From Candidatus Hydrogenedentota bacterium (lineage in GTDB: Bacteria; Hydrogenedentota; Hydrogenedentia; Hydrogenedentales; JAEUWI01), in the NCBI GenBank assembly GCA_034669905.1, contig JAXMOL010000006.1, forward strand, positions 133,874 to 197,873: a DNA stretch of 64,000 bases. Reading direction: 5' to 3'. How positions within the stretch are numbered: position 1 is the first letter of the stretch; each line of letters opens with the position of its first letter. Below are positions 30,593 to 40,567 of the stretch, piece by piece. The notes beneath the pieces were generated by a model. It was not told the DNA's origin, did no database searches, and saw only the letters and a program-made list of their open reading frames with translations. The position numbers and the translations under genes are program-made.

Positions 30593-32247
30593 ATTGTATT
30601 TCCTGGTCCGTGAAGCGGTCGTGCCGCCTTGTTTTGCCCCTCTATCTTGCCTTCGCCCTGAACGGGTGTGTCCACACGCCCCCCACGACCGGTACGGCGG
30701 TTCCGCCGTCTACCGAATCCCGCCCGGCGCCTTCAACGACGTCAGAGTCGCCCGTGGCCACGACGACCACACCGCCATCACCCTCCGCGCCGGGTGCCTC
30801 CTTTGAGGTGCGCATGCGCTATGTGGATACGGCCAAAGAACAACATATCACCGCCACGGAATCGTTGGTGGTGACCACGACCGACAAGGGACTTCAACGC
30901 TTGCCCGAAGGCCGGTGGCAAATACGTCATCGCGCTACCCGCAGTGCCACCATCGTGCACCCGGTTTATGCCAAGGCCTTCGCACACAATGAGACGAAAC
31001 TCCTTGCGGAAGAGCGACAGCGTTTTCGGGATCAGGGATTCAGTACCTTTGTGACGACCATGGGGCGTTCGGTTACCGCGTCCAATGGCGCCGTTTACGA
31101 TGGCCGCAAGTACTGGCTTGGCATCGATCGGTGTGCGACGGAACAGGAAGCTGCCCGCCTGAAGGAAAAACTGCGGGGCCAGAAGATCTGGGCGTGGACC
31201 CGGCCGGAAATTCAGCGGCCCACGGAGGGCACCTTGTCGTTTCATGATGCCACGGGCCGCGCCGTGCTGGTGTCGGCGGCGCCGGTGCGGGTGCGCTCGG
31301 CAGGTCCGGTCGCCCTGGAAGATGCCCGGGCCGGCAAGGCGCCGTTGGAAATCAGCGGGCCCTTCGATTTGGAACTGGACCGGGACGGGCATCTGGCCGT
31401 CCTGGGTGAATTGCCTATCGAAGAGTATCTCAAGGGCATCTTGCCCGCCGAGATGTATCCCAGCTGGCCGCTGGAGGCCCTCAAGGCCCAGGCTGTCGCC
31501 GCCCGCAGCGAGATCATCGCGCACGCCGGTGGCAAACACTATTTTGACGGCTTTGATTTCTGCATTGAGCAACACTGCCGCGCCTACTCCGGTGATGAAG
31601 GGCGGCACGAGCGAACGGACCTGGCGGTCAAGGAAACGACGGCCCTCGTCTTGACGGATGGGGAAAACGCCATCGTGCCCACCGTGTTTTCTGCCAACTG
31701 TGGGGGATGGACCGAGAACAATGAAAACGTCTGGGACGGTGCTCCCGCTCCTGCGCTCCGCGGTCGAAGTGACCGGCAAGGCCGCTATGCGGCGCAAGGT
31801 AACCACGGCGTCGAGAAATGGATCGGCAGTAAGCCCACGGCCTTCTGCGCCCACGACGACCAATACTATCGTTGGAGCCGCTCGCTGCCCCTGGCTAACC
31901 TGTCCAAGCGCCTCAACGGCCAGTATGGCATCGGGAACCTGACCCGGGTCGAAGCGCTGGAGCGCGGGGTAAGTGGTCGTCTGAAGGCCGTACAGCTGGT
32001 GGGGTCGCGGAAAACGGTGACGGTGCGCAAGGAACTCAATATCCGACGGGCCTTCGAGAATCTCCCAAGTGCCCTGTGCACCTTTCACGTGGACCGTAAG
32101 TCCGGCGTGCTCCATGTGCGTGGGGCGGGGCGGGGCCACGGTGTGGGGCTTTGCCAGCAGGGGGCCTGCGGGATGGCCCAGGCCTCTCAGAAATACGATA
32201 CCATTCTGCTTCATTACTTCCAGGGCGTGAAAATTTCACATATTTGA
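30589..32247 (+). CDS. SpoIID/LytB-domain lipoprotein (lytic transglycosylase)
   Basis: Lipobox LNGC; IEEYLKGILPAEM, EALKAQAVAARS, GRGHGVGLCQ.GA, ILLHYF. Confidence 0.9.
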   Translation: MNCISWSVKRSCRLVLPLYLAFALNGCVHTPPTTGTAVPPSTESRPAPSTTSESPVATTTTPPSPSAPGASFEVRMRYVDTAKEQHITATESLVVTTTDKGLQRLPEGRWQIRHRATRSATIVHPVYAKAFAHNETKLLAEERQRFRDQGFSTFVTTMGRSVTASNGAVYDGRKYWLGIDRCATEQEAARLKEKLRGQKIWAWTRPEIQRPTEGTLSFHDATGRAVLVSAAPVRVRSAGPVALEDARAGKAPLEISGPFDLELDRDGHLAVLGELPIEEYLKGILPAEMYPSWPLEALKAQAVAARSEIIAHAGGKHYFDGFDFCIEQHCRAYSGDEGRHERTDLAVKETTALVLTDGENAIVPTVFSANCGGWTENNENVWDGAPAPALRGRSDRQGRYAAQGNHGVEKWIGSKPTAFCAHDDQYYRWSRSLPLANLSKRLNGQYGIGNLTRVEALERGVSGRLKAVQLVGSRKTVTVRKELNIRRAFENLPSALCTFHVDRKSGVLHVRGAGRGHGVGLCQQGACGMAQASQKYDTILLHYFQGVKISHI

Positions 32248-32281
32248 GGGAATCTTCGCGTTAGACGGTGCCCCATTCCGT

Positions 32282-32309
32282 TCCGGGTGTCAGAATGTTG
32301 ACACCCGGA
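32282..32309. promoter_or_regulatory. Palindrome with a TGTCA-N6-TGACA core (operator or hairpin)
   Basis: TCCGGGTGTCA-gaatgt-TGACACCCGGA. Confidence 0.45.
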
Positions 32310-32568
32310 CAAGCGCAACTTGTTCAAGCACTTAGACTTCCAGCGTCAGCATTCTGGCATCCGATTCCCCGTTATCTGCCACCTTCTGGCACCTCCTTAT
32401 TCTTGATTTCATCGCTTTTATGCGTTTGACTTTTCCCCATTTACCCTTAAGATTGACTACGGATGTCAACTAAATATTCCGTGTGTCTCTCCGGATCCTT
32501 CGGAAAGAAAATTCCTGGCATTCCGCTAATCGTATTGTTTAATTCCCAATGTGAAGGGAGGGATTGCC

Positions 32569-34251
32569 ATGGCGTTAATGGACGAATATCGTGTGGGAGA
32601 GGATGGCCCCTGGTCGGCCATTGAGGCCGCCCACCTGTGGCGGCGTGCCGGTTTCGGCGGGACGCCCGAAGAGGTCGCGGCTGCCGTGGGGGATGGGTCC
32701 CAGGAAGCGTTCCTTGGTATGGTGGATTCGCTGGTGGGGTATTTGCCCCAGGATCCCAACCTCGATGCTCCGTCAGACCCCGGTCCCTGGGGGGGACCCA
32801 TTGACGGGCTGCCCGATGACCCGGAAGACGATGACGAGAATACGACCAATGAGGGTCAGACCAAGCGGCCCCGGAGTGATCGCCGACTGGAGTCCCATCT
32901 CTTCTATCGCATGTTCTACACCAGCCAGCCCTTCCAGGAGCAATTCAATCAGTTCCTTCATGATCATTTTGTATCCGAGTTTCCGAAGGTTGAGCAGGTA
33001 ATTTCCCAGTATCAGCGGAGCATCGACCGCCGTCAGGCAACCTGTGAACAGTTGCTGGTGCAGAATAAGCTGCTTCGGGAAATCGGGATCGACCGATTCA
33101 GTGATACCCTTCGCGAGGTTTCGCGCAATGCGGCCATGCTCATTTACCTCGACAACTGGTTGAACGGTTCGGGCGATGGCCGGGCGCAGGAAAACTATGC
33201 CCGCGAAATCATGGAACTCTTCTCCATGGGGGTAGACAACTACAGCGAAGAGGATGTCCGCGAGATTGCGAAAAGCCTGACCGGGGAAACCCTGGATGGT
33301 TTTCGCGATGACGGTTCAAACGACGCCTTTGATCACCGCTTCCGTGATGGTAACCACGTGGAAGGGGACAAAACGGTTTTTGGCCAGATCGTGACCGAAG
33401 ATTTGGAAGGGGGCGAGCTTATCCAGATTATCGACCTCATCCTGAGCAAGCGGAGTGTGCAGCCCGATGTGAGCGAATTGGCCGCGCCCTACAACGACCT
33501 GCCCGCGGCGGCGGTATACATGTCGTGGAAACTGCTCCGGTGGTTCTTGAATCAAAACATCAGCCTCGATCCGCCCGACCAGGCGGTCCTCGAGTTGGCG
33601 GATTACATGCGGGGTACCGACGAAGGGGCGTATCCGCTCCGTCGTTATCCCTATGACCTCCGTGCCTGCATGCGGAAGCTCTTAACGTCCCAATGCTTCT
33701 ACAATATGGATAACTTTTTTACCATTACCAAAACGCCCGCGGACTTTTGTGTGTCGGCGCTGCGGCTCAGTCAGGCGGCGGTGGGGGTATCCCCGGAGGA
33801 CTTCGATTATAACCGGGGAATCTACGGGGACGCGCCTATCAATCGTATGCGGGGCATGGGGATGCAACTCTTCAATCCGCCGGACGTATCGGGGTGGCGT
33901 CAGGGGCGCCCGTGGATCAACGCCGAATACCTTTTGACCCGCTACTACTTCCTGGAGCGCATCACCCGGAGTCAGGATGGCTGGGGTTTGAGCGATCAGG
34001 ATATCGATGATCTCCAGATTCTCAATGGAGGCACCCTGGACCCGTCGGACTACGAGGGCATCATGAACTACCTGATCACGGTTATCGTGCAGGACGATAT
34101 CGAAGTCTGGGCACCGGGTTCGACCAGTCAGCTCATGGCCTATATGAACGAAGCTGCGGCAGAAGAGAACAACGTCAACCGGCGATTCCGGCGGCAGGTG
34201 CGCGGCCTGATTTTCCTGCTCATGTCCCTACCGATGTGGCAGATGAAATGA
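32569..34251 (+). CDS. DUF1800-family protein
   Basis: AAHLWRRAGFG, HDHFV, AMLIYLDN, ENYAREIMELFSMG, LFNPPDVSGW. Confidence 0.9.
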   Translation: MALMDEYRVGEDGPWSAIEAAHLWRRAGFGGTPEEVAAAVGDGSQEAFLGMVDSLVGYLPQDPNLDAPSDPGPWGGPIDGLPDDPEDDDENTTNEGQTKRPRSDRRLESHLFYRMFYTSQPFQEQFNQFLHDHFVSEFPKVEQVISQYQRSIDRRQATCEQLLVQNKLLREIGIDRFSDTLREVSRNAAMLIYLDNWLNGSGDGRAQENYAREIMELFSMGVDNYSEEDVREIAKSLTGETLDGFRDDGSNDAFDHRFRDGNHVEGDKTVFGQIVTEDLEGGELIQIIDLILSKRSVQPDVSELAAPYNDLPAAAVYMSWKLLRWFLNQNISLDPPDQAVLELADYMRGTDEGAYPLRRYPYDLRACMRKLLTSQCFYNMDNFFTITKTPADFCVSALRLSQAAVGVSPEDFDYNRGIYGDAPINRMRGMGMQLFNPPDVSGWRQGRPWINAEYLLTRYYFLERITRSQDGWGLSDQDIDDLQILNGGTLDPSDYEGIMNYLITVIVQDDIEVWAPGSTSQLMAYMNEAAAEENNVNRRFRRQVRGLIFLLMSLPMWQMK

Positions 34252-34306
34252 CCGGCCTGAGAGTGCACCCCCACGACGCCAACCTGACCGCACGGAGGAT
34301 ACAGCC

Positions 34307-35740
34307 ATGAAACTTACACGACGTGATTTTATAAAAGCCGGCCTGGGTAGCTTCGCCTATCTCAGCGCCTCCGCCGCCGTTCCCGCCTGGGTCGCCAAAT
34401 CGGCCCATGGCCTGTCGCAAGGTCAATTCGACGATCGTATTCTGGTCATCGTGCAGATGGCCGGTGGTAACGACGGGCTCAATACGGTCATTCCCTTTCA
34501 GGATGATCGCTATTACAACGCCCGCCCGGTGTTGGGCCAGCGTACCGGCATCCACACCTTGGACGATCTGAATGCACTCCATCCCAGTATGAACAATCTC
34601 AAGAACTGGTATGACGATGGCTACCTGGCCCTGCTGCAGAATGTGGGCTATCCCAACCCCAACCTTTCTCATTTCCTCTCGACAGATTACCTGGAGTTTG
34701 GCGCCTCTCCCAATAGCGCGCTTCAGCCCGGTGACAAGGGCTGGGTGATGCGGTTTTTCGACAATGCCTGTGCCGGGGTTGCCCCCGAAGACATTCCGGC
34801 CCTGTCTATCATGGCGCTGAACACGAGCCAGCTGCCCGATGCCCTCAGTGGCAGTGAAAGCTATTTGCCGCCCCGGGTGAGTAATCTGGATGATTTCAGT
34901 GTGCGGACCGGTACGGACTTGCGGGCGAAGTACCTTTCGACCTTGAACAAGCTTTCCGTGCCCAACAATGACCTGGACTATATCCAGCGGGTAGAGAACG
35001 TGGCGGAAGCGACGGTGGCGGAATTTGAAGAGGCCAGTGAAACTGTTGACCTGCGGGACTATCCCTCCGGCCGTCTGGGCGGTGGGCTGCGGAATATCTC
35101 CAAGTTGATTCGTTCCGGGCGCGAGACCAAGGTCTACTATTGCAGCCAGGGCGGCTATGATAATCACGCCAACCAGCGGGGAGATCATGCCAGTTTGCTG
35201 GATAACCTGGACAACTCCCTGGACGCGTTCCTGAGTGACATGCGGGATTCCGGCAATCTGCACAAGGTCCTGGTCTTGACCTTCAGTGAGTTTGGGCGGC
35301 GGGTGAATGAAAATGGAAGTGCCGGTACCGACCATGGTGGTGCCAGTTGTCTGATGGCCCTCGGTGGCGGGGTGAACGGTGGCATTTACGGGGGGCAGCC
35401 GGACTTGCGTGAGGACAGCCTCATCCGTGGGAATCTCTCTCACGCGGTAGATTTCCGGGCTATCTACTCCAATGTCATTGCCGATTGGTTTGGCGAAGAT
35501 GCCTCGGCCGTTTTCGGGGCCGATTTCAATGACCCTATTTTCCAGATTCCCGCCGGGATGGCTATGGCGCCCTTCGTTAATCTGAATCCCAGTGCCGTGG
35601 TCGGAGGCGGTGGTGAAGGTGAAGGTGAAGGCGAGGGTGAAGGAGAAGGAGAAGGGGAGGGCGAAGGAGAAGGTGGCGGTAGTGGGGGCGGTAGTAGCGG
35701 TGGTGGTACCAGTATGCCAGCCGGCTGTGCCATGCCCTGA
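34307..35740 (+). CDS. Tat-exported DUF1501-family protein with a (GE)10 tail
   Basis: TRRDFIK, GGNDGLNTVIP, SHF, GGYDNH, SEFGRR..ENG..GTDHG. Confidence 0.9.
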   Translation: MKLTRRDFIKAGLGSFAYLSASAAVPAWVAKSAHGLSQGQFDDRILVIVQMAGGNDGLNTVIPFQDDRYYNARPVLGQRTGIHTLDDLNALHPSMNNLKNWYDDGYLALLQNVGYPNPNLSHFLSTDYLEFGASPNSALQPGDKGWVMRFFDNACAGVAPEDIPALSIMALNTSQLPDALSGSESYLPPRVSNLDDFSVRTGTDLRAKYLSTLNKLSVPNNDLDYIQRVENVAEATVAEFEEASETVDLRDYPSGRLGGGLRNISKLIRSGRETKVYYCSQGGYDNHANQRGDHASLLDNLDNSLDAFLSDMRDSGNLHKVLVLTFSEFGRRVNENGSAGTDHGGASCLMALGGGVNGGIYGGQPDLREDSLIRGNLSHAVDFRAIYSNVIADWFGEDASAVFGADFNDPIFQIPAGMAMAPFVNLNPSAVVGGGGEGEGEGEGEGEGEGEGEGEGGGSGGGSSGGGTSMPAGCAMP

Positions 35741-36045
35741 GAAAAATGTAGTGCCACTCAACGTGAAATCCCCTGTCACCCGATCGTGTATCTCACGGTC
35801 GGGTGTTTGGATATAGCGTGGCTTTCCGCTACACAGAGCGGCCTCGCGGTACGCGCGGTGTCCCTTGATATAGTTCACCGTGTCATCCCGATAAGGGCTA
35901 TCCATGGCCCACCCGCGAGGTATGCGAAACCCCCTTAGGTGAGCCGATGACCCGACCGGTGGTCGCGGAGATGCGGCGCCCTATGGCACGTGAATACCCC
36001 GGAAAAAGTTCCCGGAGATTGACATGGTGCTTCCCTGTATGCTAT

Positions 36046-36060
36046 TAATAACCATTATCA
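36046..36060 (+). promoter_or_regulatory. Fur/PerR-type 7-1-7 box overlapping the promoter
   Basis: TAATAAC-C-ATTATCA (12/14 match to TGATAAT-N-ATTATCA), downstream of TTGACA at 36019-36024. Confidence 0.7.
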
Positions 36061-36073
36061 ATAAGGAAGTCTT

Positions 36074-36490
36074 GTGAATTCGCCTGTACAACGTATGACA
36101 CGACAGCGGATGGTCATTCTGGAGCACCTGCGACAGATGCATACCCATCCCACGGCGGATGAGCTCTATGATGCGGTACGTCAGGAGCTCCCCAGTGTAA
36201 GTTTGGGGACGATTTACCGCAATCTGGATGTTCTCACCCGTTCGGGGCAGGTGCATAAATTGGAGATGTGTGGGACCCAGGCCCGCTTTGATGCGGAAAT
36301 GAATCCCCACCATCACGTGCGCTGTCGCCATTGTGGCCGGGTCGATGATGTACCCATGACCGCCGAATCCACCGTGACGCTCCCGGCGGAAAGTACGTCG
36401 GGCTTTCAGATTGATGATTATCGCGTTGAGTTCGAGGGCTATTGCCCTGAATGCGCTGCGCAGCACTGTGAAACTACTTCGGTCCCTTGA
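36074..36490 (+). CDS. perR: Fur-family repressor, PerR-like
   Basis: HPTA, SLGTIYRNL, RFD, HHH, two CxxC; sits upstream of ferritin and peroxiredoxin genes. Confidence 0.8.
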   Translation: MNSPVQRMTRQRMVILEHLRQMHTHPTADELYDAVRQELPSVSLGTIYRNLDVLTRSGQVHKLEMCGTQARFDAEMNPHHHVRCRHCGRVDDVPMTAESTVTLPAESTSGFQIDDYRVEFEGYCPECAAQHCETTSVP

Positions 36491-36520
36491 TTGAAGTCAC
36501 CCAATAGAAAGAAACGTCCC

Positions 36521-37033
36521 ATGATTAGTCAGGCCATGCAAGATGCCTTCAATAAGCAAATCAACGAAGAACTGTATAGCGCCTACCTGTATGCGTCCAT
36601 GGCCAATTATTTCGAGGCCAGTAGCCTGAAGGGCTTTGCCCACTGGATGCGTCTTCAGTCCGAGGAAGAACTGGGACACACCCGTCGCATCGTGACTTTC
36701 ATGAACGACCGGGGCGGACGGGTCATCCTGGACGCGGTCGCCGCGCCCCAGGTGGATTGGGAAGCCCCCCTGGCGGCCTTCGAAGCAGCCTACACCCATG
36801 AATGCCATATCAGCGCCTGCATTAATGCCCTTTCTACCAAAGCCATGGAAGAGAAGGATCACGCGAGCCACGCCTTCCTGGAGTGGTTTGTCACGGAGCA
36901 GGTCGAAGAAGAAGCGAATGCCGATGAGATCGTCCAGCAATTGAAGTTGATGGATGGCGCTCCCGGTGGTCTGTTTTTGATGGACCGGGAACTGGCCCAG
37001 CGCAGCGCGGGTGGGGAAGCCGCCGCGCAATAG
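36521..37033 (+). CDS. ftn: Non-heme ferritin
   Basis: QINEELYSAYLY, EELGH, HE, FLEWFVTEQVEEE. Confidence 0.93.
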   Translation: MISQAMQDAFNKQINEELYSAYLYASMANYFEASSLKGFAHWMRLQSEEELGHTRRIVTFMNDRGGRVILDAVAAPQVDWEAPLAAFEAAYTHECHISACINALSTKAMEEKDHASHAFLEWFVTEQVEEEANADEIVQQLKLMDGAPGGLFLMDRELAQRSAGGEAAAQ

Positions 37034-37210
37034 GATAGAAAATCGATACGGTTTTCGTCGGGGGAAACCACACCAAGGCATGCGCACGTCCTGCACCCAC
37101 GGGATGATATGTCTTGGCTCACCACACCAAAAGGCCCGAGCTGCATCTGTCAGCACGGGCTTCACAATACCTGCATTTGAAGTAACCTAACCCGTAAGGA
37201 ATTTGAATCA

Positions 37211-37804
37211 ATGAGCGTACAAGTAACTCAGCCCGCGCCGGACTTCACCGCCACCACGGTTATGCCCGACAACAGCTTCAATGAAAACTTCAAGCTTTCC
37301 GACCTCCAGGGAAAGTACGTGGTACTCTTTTTCTACCCGCTGGACTTCACCTTCGTGTGCCCGTCGGAAATCATTGCTTTCGACAAGAAGCTGAGCGAGT
37401 TCCAGAGCCGTAATTGCGAAGTGGTCGGTGTTTCGGTGGACTCCCACTTCTCCCACTGGGCGTGGAAGAATACCCCCGTCGAAAAGGGCGGCATTGGTAA
37501 CATCCAGTACCCCCTCGTTGCGGACCTCACGAAGAATATTTCCCGTGACTACGGCGTGTTGGTGGACGATGCGATTGCCCTTCGTGGCCTCTTCCTTATC
37601 GACAAAGAAGGCGTTGTGCAGCATGCCCTCGTCAACAACCTGCCCCTCGGCCGGAACGTAGACGAAGCCATCCGTGTGCTGGACGCCCTTCAGTTCACCG
37701 AACAGCACGGCGAAGTGTGCCCGGCAAACTGGAACAAAGGCGACGAAGCCATGAAGCCCTCTGCCGAAGGCGTGGCCGAATACCTTTCGAAGCAGGCCTC
37801 CTGA
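37211..37804 (+). CDS. ahpC: 2-Cys peroxiredoxin
   Basis: [14 protein letters not shown] and GEVCPANW. Confidence 0.95.
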   Translation: MSVQVTQPAPDFTATTVMPDNSFNENFKLSDLQGKYVVLFFYPLDFTFVCPSEIIAFDKKLSEFQSRNCEVVGVSVDSHFSHWAWKNTPVEKGGIGNIQYPLVADLTKNISRDYGVLVDDAIALRGLFLIDKEGVVQHALVNNLPLGRNVDEAIRVLDALQFTEQHGEVCPANWNKGDEAMKPSAEGVAEYLSKQAS

Positions 37805-37821
37805 TAGGCTGAGCAGAATTA

Positions 37822-37867
37822 CAAACGCGCCGCACTCCGTAAGACGGGGTGCGGCGCGTTTTCTTTT
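37822..37867. terminator. Intrinsic terminator, likely bidirectional
   Basis: AAACGCGCCGCAC...GTGCGGCGCGTTTTCTTTT. Confidence 0.8.
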
Positions 37868-37908
37868 GGTTACTTTGCCGTTGCACCAGGGCGACGGTCG
37901 GGGCAAGG

Positions 37909-39150
37909 TCACGGCATGGCGTTGCAGGACTGATCCAACTCGATGATGACGCCGCGCAGTTCCAGGGTTGGGACGGCGCTGCACAGCGATGTGGAATCCA
38001 GGGGGTTTCCGGTAAGTCGGAGCACGTCGTTGTTTTCCAGGCCCGGATTGCGCACGAGGGGCGCGATGGAGGTAATCTGATTCATCTGGAGGGTGATCAG
38101 GTCGAGCTGATCCAGATCGGCCAATACGGCAATATCGACGACGCCATTGGCGGAGAGTTGCAGTTCCCGGAGATTGACGAGGCCGGCCAGGGGCTGAATG
38201 TCTTCAATCAGGCACTCGAAGAGAACCAGTGTCTCCAGGGTAGTCAGGTCGCGGAGGGCCTGAAGGTTGTGGATCTCGTTGGCGGCCAGGTCGAGAAAAC
38301 GCAATTGCGCCAGGGGGCGGAGCACATTGAGTCCGTCTCCATTGCCTGCCCCGTCAATAACATCATTCTGTGCAATGGCCGTGAAGGCGAGGGAAAGTTC
38401 ACGCAGGGCGGTGAGATGCTGAATGGTGCGGATGTCCGTTAGATTGGCATTGCGCTCCACATTGAGCAACTGCAAGGCGCTCAAGCCTTCCAGGGGGCGG
38501 AGGTCCGTAATACGGTTGATGCCGAGGTCCAGCTCCCGAAGGGTGTTCAGGCGCCGCAGGGGTTCCAGGGAAGCCACCTGGTTATCCCGGAGATTCAATT
38601 TCCGCAAGCGGCTCAGCGCACTGAGGGGACTGATATCGGTGATGCTGTTTTCTGCGAGAAACAGTTCTTCCAGATTCGTCGCGCGCTCCAGTCCAGCCAG
38701 GTTGGTAACGCCCGCTTCGGAGCCCTCAAAAATCCGCAGGGTCTCCAGATCGCCTACCCGGATGCTGCCGGTGGGTTTCTGCAAGGCACGGCGCAGTGCG
38801 GCATCCAGACGCGCATCGGGAAAACGAACTACTTCCCGGACAGTAATCAGATTCTCCACGATGACGTCATCGGTTCCCCAGGGTGTTTCCACCTGAAGAC
38901 TCACCGAATAGGTGCCCCGTTTGGTGTAGGTGTGTACGGGATGCATGGCCGTGCTGGTGTTCCCATCGCCAAAATTCCACCGCCAGGCGAGAATGGGTTG
39001 GCCCCCATCGTTACTGACATCGCGGAAGCTCACTTCGAGGGGGAGATCGCCCGCCATCGTCGAGGCTTCAATCTTGGCGATAGGCAGATAAAACTGGCAG
39101 CCCGAAGACAGGGTCAACAGGCTGAGCAGTACTAAACCGGATAGACGCAT
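37909..39150 (-). CDS. Lipoprotein with a PKD domain and internalin-like leucine-rich repeats
   Basis: SSGC lipobox; WNFGDG..HTY PKD motif; repeated LxxLxLxxNxIxDI. Confidence 0.85.
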   Translation of the reverse strand: MRLSGLVLLSLLTLSSGCQFYLPIAKIEASTMAGDLPLEVSFRDVSNDGGQPILAWRWNFGDGNTSTAMHPVHTYTKRGTYSVSLQVETPWGTDDVIVENLITVREVVRFPDARLDAALRRALQKPTGSIRVGDLETLRIFEGSEAGVTNLAGLERATNLEELFLAENSITDISPLSALSRLRKLNLRDNQVASLEPLRRLNTLRELDLGINRITDLRPLEGLSALQLLNVERNANLTDIRTIQHLTALRELSLAFTAIAQNDVIDGAGNGDGLNVLRPLAQLRFLDLAANEIHNLQALRDLTTLETLVLFECLIEDIQPLAGLVNLRELQLSANGVVDIAVLADLDQLDLITLQMNQITSIAPLVRNPGLENNDVLRLTGNPLDSTSLCSAVPTLELRGVIIELDQSCNAMP

Positions 39151-39396
39151 GGGTCAGCATTCCTCAATAGCGAAAAGATTATGGCGTGGAGTCCGGTCTC
39201 GCAACGGCAGCCGCCGCTCCCATAGTGGACATCCCTTCGTAGTATAGAAAATCCGGGCAGGGATGTCATCTTTGTCTGGCCACAACGGGGGCGGCGGGCC
39301 GGGGCAGTTGACAGAATGGGGGTGGCAAGGCACAATGGACGGAGGACCCTACCGATCGGTAGGGTCAGGCTGGTGTGCTACGGAGGAGCCCGTACT

Positions 39397-40536
39397 ATGG
39401 ATTTTTCGGTATCAGAAGAATTGGGCATGCTGCGGGAGGCGGCACGGAGTTTTGCCGAGTCCGAGGTCGCACCCTATGCGCAAGACTGGGAGCGGGCCGG
39501 CCGCTACCCCGATGCCATGATCGGAAAATTGGGTGAGCAGGGGTTCATGGGTATCTTAATCCCCGAGGCCTATGGCGGGGCAGGCTGTAACTACCAGGCC
39601 TTTGCCACGGTCCTGGAGGAGTTGGCACGGCACGACGGGGGGCTCGCCCTGGCCGTGGAAGCCCATAACGGCCTCGCCTGTCAACACATCCTGATAGCGG
39701 GTACCGAAGCACAGAAGCAACAATACCTTCCTCCACTGGCGGCCGGGGAGCAAATAGGGAGCTGGTGTCTCACCGAGCCTGATTCGGGCTCTGACGCCAT
39801 TGCCATGGGCTGTACGGCTACTCGGGATGGCGACGATTGGATATTGAATGGCACGAAGCAATTCATTACCAACGGTGATCGGGCAGGCACCTACGTGGTT
39901 ATGACCGTTTCCGACCCGGAGGCCTCCCCCCGTGGAATCACGGTGTTTGTGGTGGAGCGGGGTACCCCTGGCCTGAGTCTTGGCAAGCCCGAAGAAAAAC
40001 TGGGTATGCGCTCTTCGGACACGGTGGCCGTAAACCTCGACCACGTTCGGGTGCCCGACTCCCAACGGCTCGGCGCGGTCCATAAAGGCTTTGACGATGT
40101 GAAGAAGGTGCTGGAGCATGGCCGGGTCATGATTTCGGCCCTGTCCCTGGGCTTCGCACGGGGCGCACTGGAAGAGGCGGGGCGCTACGCCCGGGAACGG
40201 AAAGCCTTCGGCAAGGAACTCCATCGATTTCAGTCGATACAGAACAAGCTCGCTGACATGGCGACCGACGTCGAAGCGGGGCGACTTCTGCTCTATCATG
40301 CCGCGTACTTGTTGGACCAGGGACGATGCAGCGTGCAGAAGGCGGCGATGACCAAGCTGTTCACGTCTGAAATGGCGACGCGGGCCTGTATGGATGCCAT
40401 CCAGATACTCGGGGGCTATGGGTACCTCCGAGATTACAATGTAGAGCGGTACATGCGCGATGCGAAGTTGTGTGAAATCGGCGAGGGTACCAGTGAGGTG
40501 ATGCGTATTCTCATTGCCAAGGATGTGGGTCTATGA
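39397..40536 (+). CDS. Acyl-CoA dehydrogenase
   Basis: LTEPDSGSD, NGTKQFITNG, QILGGYGY, IGEGTSE. Confidence 0.93.
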   Translation: MDFSVSEELGMLREAARSFAESEVAPYAQDWERAGRYPDAMIGKLGEQGFMGILIPEAYGGAGCNYQAFATVLEELARHDGGLALAVEAHNGLACQHILIAGTEAQKQQYLPPLAAGEQIGSWCLTEPDSGSDAIAMGCTATRDGDDWILNGTKQFITNGDRAGTYVVMTVSDPEASPRGITVFVVERGTPGLSLGKPEEKLGMRSSDTVAVNLDHVRVPDSQRLGAVHKGFDDVKKVLEHGRVMISALSLGFARGALEEAGRYARERKAFGKELHRFQSIQNKLADMATDVEAGRLLLYHAAYLLDQGRCSVQKAAMTKLFTSEMATRACMDAIQILGGYGYLRDYNVERYMRDAKLCEIGEGTSEVMRILIAKDVGL

Positions 40537-40567
40537 GTTTTGCAGACGTTGCGATGAGGAGCGAGTC

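Noticed and set aside
35738..35740. TGA after GCAMP as selenocysteine or readthrough
   Set aside because: The downstream frame shows no recognisable domain or anchor, and no convincing SECIS follows the codon.
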